From a virus (taxonomy: Duplodnaviria > Caudoviricetes), in the IMG/VR virus record IMGVR_UViG_3300020413_001405, positions 1 through 30,834 of that record: a stretch of DNA of 30,834 nucleotides; one strand, 5' to 3'. The notes beneath the pieces were generated by a model. It saw only the letters and a list, made by a program, of their open reading frames with translations, was not told the DNA's origin and did not search any database. The first letter of the stretch is position 1, and each line of letters opens with the position of its first letter. Shown here piece after piece: positions 26,016 through 30,834 of this stretch. A program made the translations under genes and the position numbers.

Positions 26016-27865
26016 TTGTTTTTCACCGTAATTAGTTTACCGTATTCAGGCAAATACAAATACTCGATGTCACTGTTAGCCAGTGTTCTTACTGCATCAT
26101 CTAGTGTTTCAACTAACGGTTCGCCACCTAAGTTAAAACTTGTGTTAAAAATAATAGGACAACCTGTTTGTTTGTGCCATTCTTTAATCAAGTTATAGTA
26201 GTTAGCATTTTCTTCTTCAGTTACAGTTTGTATTCTACATGTTCCATCTACATGTATGATACTTGGTATTTTATCTTCAATACCTGATTGACAATTTACT
26301 GCATACATCATATGTGGAGTGTCTTCCATACCTTTAAGATCAAACCATTCGTGTACATGTTCTTTGAGTATAGTACCTGCAAAAGGTCTAAAATATTCTC
26401 GCTTTTTAATTTTATTAACATGATCTTTGCCGTCTGGATCTGTTGGATCGTATAGTATACTTCTGTTGCCTAATGCTCTTGGTCCGTTTTCGCAACCACC
26501 TTGAAATATAGTAACAATATTTCTATCTTTGATTAATTTTACAACCTCTTCTTGCGAAGCATCTTTAATTTTTGCTTCGTATAGATTACAAACTTTATCT
26601 ATATCATCTGTTGTGTAATCGTAGGTTTGACCCAAATAAATATTTTTATCTAAATTTATAAATTTATTAGTGTGTTCTAAATGAGCAAACAATGCCGCTC
26701 CGATGGCTGTACCAGCATCATTGCTAATAGGTTCTACATAAAGGTTTATTCCTAATTCATTTAACTTGTCTAGGTAATAGTAATTTGCTACACAATTTAA
26801 ACCATAGCCTCCTGAGATTACAACATTTTTGCTGTCACACATTTCAGATGCTTGTATAATCATTTCTAGCATTTGTTCTTGTGTTTCAGTTTGTACTGCA
26901 TATGCTAAATCTTTTGCTAACTGATGATCATAATGATACTTTCCTTCTGCTACATTAACATCAGCATAATCTTTGATAAGATTTTGATTTATAAATGCAC
27001 CATTGGGATAGTTAGGTACAACAATATTTCTATTAGACGTGGGCCAATACTTGCTTTGTTTATCCATGTACAAAGGATCTATTTTATCATTTGGTTTTCC
27101 ATATGGAGATAGTCCCATTGTTTTTCCTGCTTCAATGGATCGCCAACCACAAAATTCAGTTACAGCCTCATAAATTTTAACAGTACCTGCATGATCATTC
27201 AGATATGCTTTATGATCGTTTAGTCCTTCTCTTCTCATAAATCCAGTAGACTCAGATTCAAATGTAGATGATATAATCGGATCTCTCGATCCAAGACATT
27301 TAAACTTTGTTATTATAGGATTTTTTGCTTTTTTGTTACCTTTAAATATTGTTTCAACTTCCCATCCTATTGTGTTCTTTCCACCATTAGGACCTATTCC
27401 ATCTTTGATAGGTAAAAAACTACCAGCACCATCAACAATTAAAATTGCGGCTTCATCAAAATCACTTTTACTAAAAGCGGTTAAGGCATGTAATTTATGA
27501 TGCTCCATACCATAATCTGTAATTTGCGGATGTTCGTCAGCAATATCAACATCATATGTTGTATGCTCAATAAGTCCTAGTTTTCTTAAAAGACCAGCAT
27601 AAACATTTTCTCCAGTAAATTCTGTTCTCGAATCTTCTCCTGAACCTATACGAGCAGGCTGTGTATGTGCAAATCCAACTGCATCTAATTTGTCAGTGTA
27701 TTTTAAAACTTCTATTACACTTCTATAAGGTGCTCCGTCATATTTTTTCCTTGTATAACGTTCTTCTTCTGTGCAAAATACAATTTTGCCATTTTTAAGC
27801 AAACAAACACCTGCATTGTGTCCCCTAGTAAGTCCTAATATCCATGTATCTTTTTGTTCATTCAT
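26012..27865 (-). CDS. Carbamoyltransferase (NodU/CmcH/TobZ family)
   Basis: GHNAGVCL..EEERYTRKK, HHKLHA, VDGAG, AGKTMGLSPYG, SGGYGLNCVAN, NDAGTAIGAA, ENGPRALGNRSIL, KKREYFRPFA, HVDGTCRIQTV, NTSFNLGGEPLV. Confidence 0.95.
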   Translation of the reverse strand: MNEQKDTWILGLTRGHNAGVCLLKNGKIVFCTEEERYTRKKYDGAPYRSVIEVLKYTDKLDAVGFAHTQPARIGSGEDSRTEFTGENVYAGLLRKLGLIEHTTYDVDIADEHPQITDYGMEHHKLHALTAFSKSDFDEAAILIVDGAGSFLPIKDGIGPNGGKNTIGWEVETIFKGNKKAKNPIITKFKCLGSRDPIISSTFESESTGFMRREGLNDHKAYLNDHAGTVKIYEAVTEFCGWRSIEAGKTMGLSPYGKPNDKIDPLYMDKQSKYWPTSNRNIVVPNYPNGAFINQNLIKDYADVNVAEGKYHYDHQLAKDLAYAVQTETQEQMLEMIIQASEMCDSKNVVISGGYGLNCVANYYYLDKLNELGINLYVEPISNDAGTAIGAALFAHLEHTNKFINLDKNIYLGQTYDYTTDDIDKVCNLYEAKIKDASQEEVVKLIKDRNIVTIFQGGCENGPRALGNRSILYDPTDPDGKDHVNKIKKREYFRPFAGTILKEHVHEWFDLKGMEDTPHMMYAVNCQSGIEDKIPSIIHVDGTCRIQTVTEEENANYYNLIKEWHKQTGCPIIFNTSFNLGGEPLVETLDDAVRTLANSDIEYLYLPEYGKLITVKNK

Positions 27866-28815
27866 TTCTTTGCTTTTACTCCAGTCATTGTTTTGACAGA
27901 TTTAACAATTCTGTCAATGCACTTGTACTTGTCTTTAAAAGTTAAACATCTATCATTATTACGTTCTACATGATCATCATACGTTAGTCTAATTGGACTA
28001 TACATTCTTTTATCTTCATCATAATCAATTATATCAACTTTACTGTTATCAAGATAGCTTGTATTAATAGGATAAGTGCTTCCAATAATAACTGTGCTAG
28101 TTGTTTTAGTTGCCACTGCCATGTGTTGTCCGACACTGTCTATACCAACAAAATGATCTGCCGCATCAATTACACTTGCCCACTGTCTTAGTTCTAATTT
28201 AGGTGTACCAACTGGATCAGGACAACCTCTGGATTTCCAATCCATTGCAAACTCAGACATAAGGATCACTGCATAATCATTTTTTTGTAATTTTTTTACA
28301 AGTTCAACAGTATCCATGATATCTAAACTTCTTCCGCCACTATCATGCACAAAGCCGTTTTGTTCAACTGCACCCCTACCAAAAGGTTGTAGTACTAATG
28401 CTTTATCTTTTTTAGTTTTTGCTTTTACATCAGCTACCAAATGATATGCATTTACTTCTTCGTTACTACTCAGATATATACTAGGCAAAGGCACTTCTCG
28501 TACACCTTTGTTGTTGATCTCTATATCGTATGCTTGAGCTAGGCTACACTGCTGATTGTAGTATTCCCATATTCTATATGGTTCAGTGCTTACACATTTT
28601 CTATGTTTTATTTTTTCTTCAAATAAATTAGGAACGTCCATTGTGAATGAACGCTTGTGTAATAAAGGATGGCCTCTTACTAGATCGAACCATGATTCTA
28701 ATATTACAATAAAATCGTCTTCTGGATTTTCTTTATGGTAAAGTTCGAGTGCTGGTATAGCACACAGTACTCTTCCAGCGCCGCCATTTAAGAAAAAGGC
28801 TGTATGTTTTTTCAT
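27862..28815 (-). CDS. GT-B glycosyltransferase, GT9 / heptosyltransferase-like
   Basis: GGAGRVLCAIPAL, LVRGHP, LVLQPFG, LRQWASVIDAADHFVGIDSVGQHMAVA...TVIIGST resemble GT9 motifs. Confidence 0.75.
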   Translation of the reverse strand: MKKHTAFFLNGGAGRVLCAIPALELYHKENPEDDFIVILESWFDLVRGHPLLHKRSFTMDVPNLFEEKIKHRKCVSTEPYRIWEYYNQQCSLAQAYDIEINNKGVREVPLPSIYLSSNEEVNAYHLVADVKAKTKKDKALVLQPFGRGAVEQNGFVHDSGGRSLDIMDTVELVKKLQKNDYAVILMSEFAMDWKSRGCPDPVGTPKLELRQWASVIDAADHFVGIDSVGQHMAVATKTTSTVIIGSTYPINTSYLDNSKVDIIDYDEDKRMYSPIRLTYDDHVERNNDRCLTFKDKYKCIDRIVKSVKTMTGVKAKK

Positions 28816-28845
28816 GTGACCTCATTTATATAGTTTTTCAGTATT

Positions 28846-28874
28846 ATGATATACTATATATGTCTAGTTGTCAA
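28846..28874 (-). promoter_or_regulatory. sigma70-type promoter for the GT9-carbamoyltransferase operon
   Basis: Minus strand TTGACA-17 nt-TATCAT; a late-like TATAAATG also lies at 28823-28830. Confidence 0.7.
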
Positions 28875-28877
28875 CTA

Positions 28878-29567
28878 CTATTCTGGGAAAGTAGATCCTT
28901 GAGCCAAACTAACTAAATTAGGAAATTCAATCTCATTCAATCTAGGATGTGTTATAGATAAATCAGTATCAATAATTTCGTAAATTTCTAATAGATTTTT
29001 ATACTTTTGTTTTGCCGCATCACTTACTGCGTTATCATATAGCTTTCTATATTGTTCCATGTACACTTCAGCATCTAATTGAATACTTTCTGTTGTTGCC
29101 CATTGCTCAGTTCTAACAAAATTAATTGTTCCGTCTGTATCAATAGTTGTTTTTTCAAAAGCAAAAGTATGTCTTGTATCATCATTTACAGGATTTCTAT
29201 ATTGCATTTTATAAGTACTACTGTCTGACAATGTAATTTCTTTTACTGTAGTAATTTGCCATTCGTTAGTATGTCCTTGACAGTTCATCATCATATCCAT
29301 AAGAATAATATCATTTGCATCACTCTTATCTAAAATATGCCATGTACCGCCTTCTGGTGCAGTTTCTTCAATGTCATCTACACTACTAATATCTAAATCT
29401 TCGTCATCTGCAGGTACTCTACTGGTATCCCAGGATCCATCAGGTAAAATATTAATTAAAATTTGATTTGGGCCTATATAACTACCCGTTACATCTTTTA
29501 GATCATCTGCTTCAACACTAGGATTCAAGTATTGTTTTCTGCTTTTATATGTAAAACTTGTTGCCAT
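28878..29567 (-). CDS. Acidic hypothetical protein, probable partner of the Gly/Cys-rich protein
   Basis: 229-aa ORF, GGAGA SD, 12 nt after the upstream stop. Confidence 0.7.
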   Translation of the reverse strand: MATSFTYKSRKQYLNPSVEADDLKDVTGSYIGPNQILINILPDGSWDTSRVPADDEDLDISSVDDIEETAPEGGTWHILDKSDANDIILMDMMMNCQGHTNEWQITTVKEITLSDSSTYKMQYRNPVNDDTRHTFAFEKTTIDTDGTINFVRTEQWATTESIQLDAEVYMEQYRKLYDNAVSDAAKQKYKNLLEIYEIIDTDLSITHPRLNEIEFPNLVSLAQGSTFPE

Positions 29568-29579
29568 TTTTCATCTCTC

Positions 29580-30560
29580 CTAGGTATCGTAACTTATCAT
29601 AATAACACCTTGTGAACCGCATCCGCCAAAACAACATCCGCCTCCACAAGCACCGCCTCCTGAGCCGCCGCCTCCTGGCGTAAATCCGTTACATCCACAA
29701 TATGCCCAGTTTCCGTTTGAAGCACAACATTCGTTTTGGAAACCACCAGCATAACTGGCTCCGCCGCCACCTCTGGTGCAAGATACGGAACATTGGCCAT
29801 TTAATCTACTAAATCCTAATGCTCCTCGTCTACTTATAAATGTTTCATTAGCACTAGTTGTTCCAGTAGTTGCACAACCTGAACTACAGCAAGTATTACC
29901 TGTTTCAAAGAAAGTAGTAAGTACTTCACCACTGCCTCCACCTCCGCCACTAGAGCCTCCGCCTGTGAAATTTTGAAATGGATTACCAAATTGATCTTGT
30001 CCACCTTGTTGCATGGTTGTATTTGTGTTCTGCCAACCTTCAGCACTTGTGCCTGAACCAGCACTAGAACCACCTCCGCCACTGCTTGCATTAAAATCAT
30101 ATGTTTGGTTAATACTTTGCATGTAACTTGGTGTACCACCATAGTTACAACATGCACATCCTGGTTGTCCACCGCCTATGCAAGTACATCTAGGACCTGA
30201 ACAATCATGAACTCTACTAAATTGTCCTGGTGAACCATCACTACTATAAGAAGCACAATAACATGAACATGCACAGTAACAAGTCATTATACTACTACCA
30301 CAACTCCATGGGCTCCATTGCATTACGCCGTAGTTAGCTCCGCCGCCGCCTCGGCAACCCCATTCACAACAACAGTTGTTAGCACCGCCACCGCCCATGC
30401 CCCATAACTCATTTGTCCAACTTGTAGCATTGCTTGGAATACAGAAACAACATGCATTACAGCATGACCACGTATATTGCTGACCAGCGGTTCCATGAGT
30501 AACTCTGGTCATTGTCGAGGTAGCGCCTGAGCCTCCAAAAAAATCTTTTATACTTGCCAT
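29580..30560 (-). CDS. Gly/Cys-rich protein with glycine-rich fibre/adhesin-like architecture
   Basis: ELWGMGGGG...GGGGANY...PGGGG...GSQGVIMISY frame; about 34 Cys in 326 aa by manual count (CC, CCC, CxCxC). Confidence 0.75.
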   Translation of the reverse strand: MASIKDFFGGSGATSTMTRVTHGTAGQQYTWSCCNACCFCIPSNATSWTNELWGMGGGGANNCCCEWGCRGGGGANYGVMQWSPWSCGSSIMTCYCACSCYCASYSSDGSPGQFSRVHDCSGPRCTCIGGGQPGCACCNYGGTPSYMQSINQTYDFNASSGGGGSSAGSGTSAEGWQNTNTTMQQGGQDQFGNPFQNFTGGGSSGGGGGSGEVLTTFFETGNTCCSSGCATTGTTSANETFISRRGALGFSRLNGQCSVSCTRGGGGASYAGGFQNECCASNGNWAYCGCNGFTPGGGGSGGGACGGGCCFGGCGSQGVIMISYDT

Positions 30561-30587
30561 TTTCTTTCCTTAATCCTTTGTTATACT

Positions 30588-30595
30588 TATTTATA
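30588..30595 (-). promoter_or_regulatory. Perfect T4 late promoter TATAAATA
   Basis: Minus strand TATAAATA 27 nt upstream of the ATG at 30560, followed by AAGGA SD. Confidence 0.75.
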
Positions 30596-30607
30596 CAATT
30601 CTAAATA

Positions 30608-30834
30608 TTATATCAAATTAGTAATACGCCAACCATTTGTAGCATCCATATACACAAGCTCTAGTGCAGTTTCACTATAATCAATTTCCAAATCGTCCTC
30701 TAAACCCATTATTGTATTACCGTTTCTAGATACTGTAATCTTATTACTATCAGCTGAGCCACTACCGTCAATAATCATTAAAAAGTCACCTGCTGTAGGA
30801 CTTGCTGGTAAAGTTGCTGTAATGGCACTGCTAG
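30608..30834 (-). CDS. 3' end of a tail fibre / baseplate-type structural protein
   Basis: Own translation: ...SSAITATLPASPTAGDFLMIIDGSGSADSNKITVSRNGNTIMGLEDDLEIDYSETALELVYMDATNGWRITNLI*; TLPASP..GD module of T4-like fibre proteins; start outside the window. Confidence 0.78.
   Translation of the reverse strand, partial: SSAITATLPASPTAGDFLMIIDGSGSADSNKITVSRNGNTIMGLEDDLEIDYSETALELVYMDATNGWRITNLI

Noticed and set aside
29597-30172. Alternate-frame ORFs inside the Gly/Cys-rich gene, suggesting overprinting or frameshifting
   Set aside because: Low-complexity GGN/TGT codons remove stops in other frames; the main frame is intact.
1-30834. tRNA, rRNA, CRISPR arrays, introns/inteins, stop-codon reassignment, or a cellular LPS locus
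   Set aside because: None recognised by eye; genes are full length in the standard code with TAA, TAG and TGA all used as stops; the sugar genes sit among phage structural genes.

Overview
Segment of a large, AT-rich, T4-like (contractile-tail) dsDNA phage genome, probably marine and probably infecting an alphaproteobacterium (inferred from the C4/Shemin-pathway ALA synthase). Structural genes: tail tube, enlarged tail sheath, gp13/gp14-like neck proteins, gp15-like tail terminator, three modular tail fibres with small partner proteins, and a Gly/Cys-rich fibre-type protein. They are interleaved with sigma70-promoter-driven small-gene islands and many accessory enzymes: radical SAM/SPASM plus 2OG-Fe(II) oxygenase, dNMP kinase, NUDIX hydrolase, an ADP-heptose operon (hldD, hldE, cupin, SGNH-like), a GT9-like glycosyltransferase plus carbamoyltransferase plus tandem WYL-like operon, and a tetrapyrrole cassette (hemA plus a PcyX-type bilin reductase, no adjacent heme oxygenase) behind a perfect T4 late promoter. 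Five genes have ATAA(A/G)TA exactly 5 nt before the ATG with no evident Shine-Dalgarno, suggesting leaderless late mRNAs. No tRNA, rRNA, CRISPR or mobile element was recognised. All product calls come from motif recognition by eye, not database searches.
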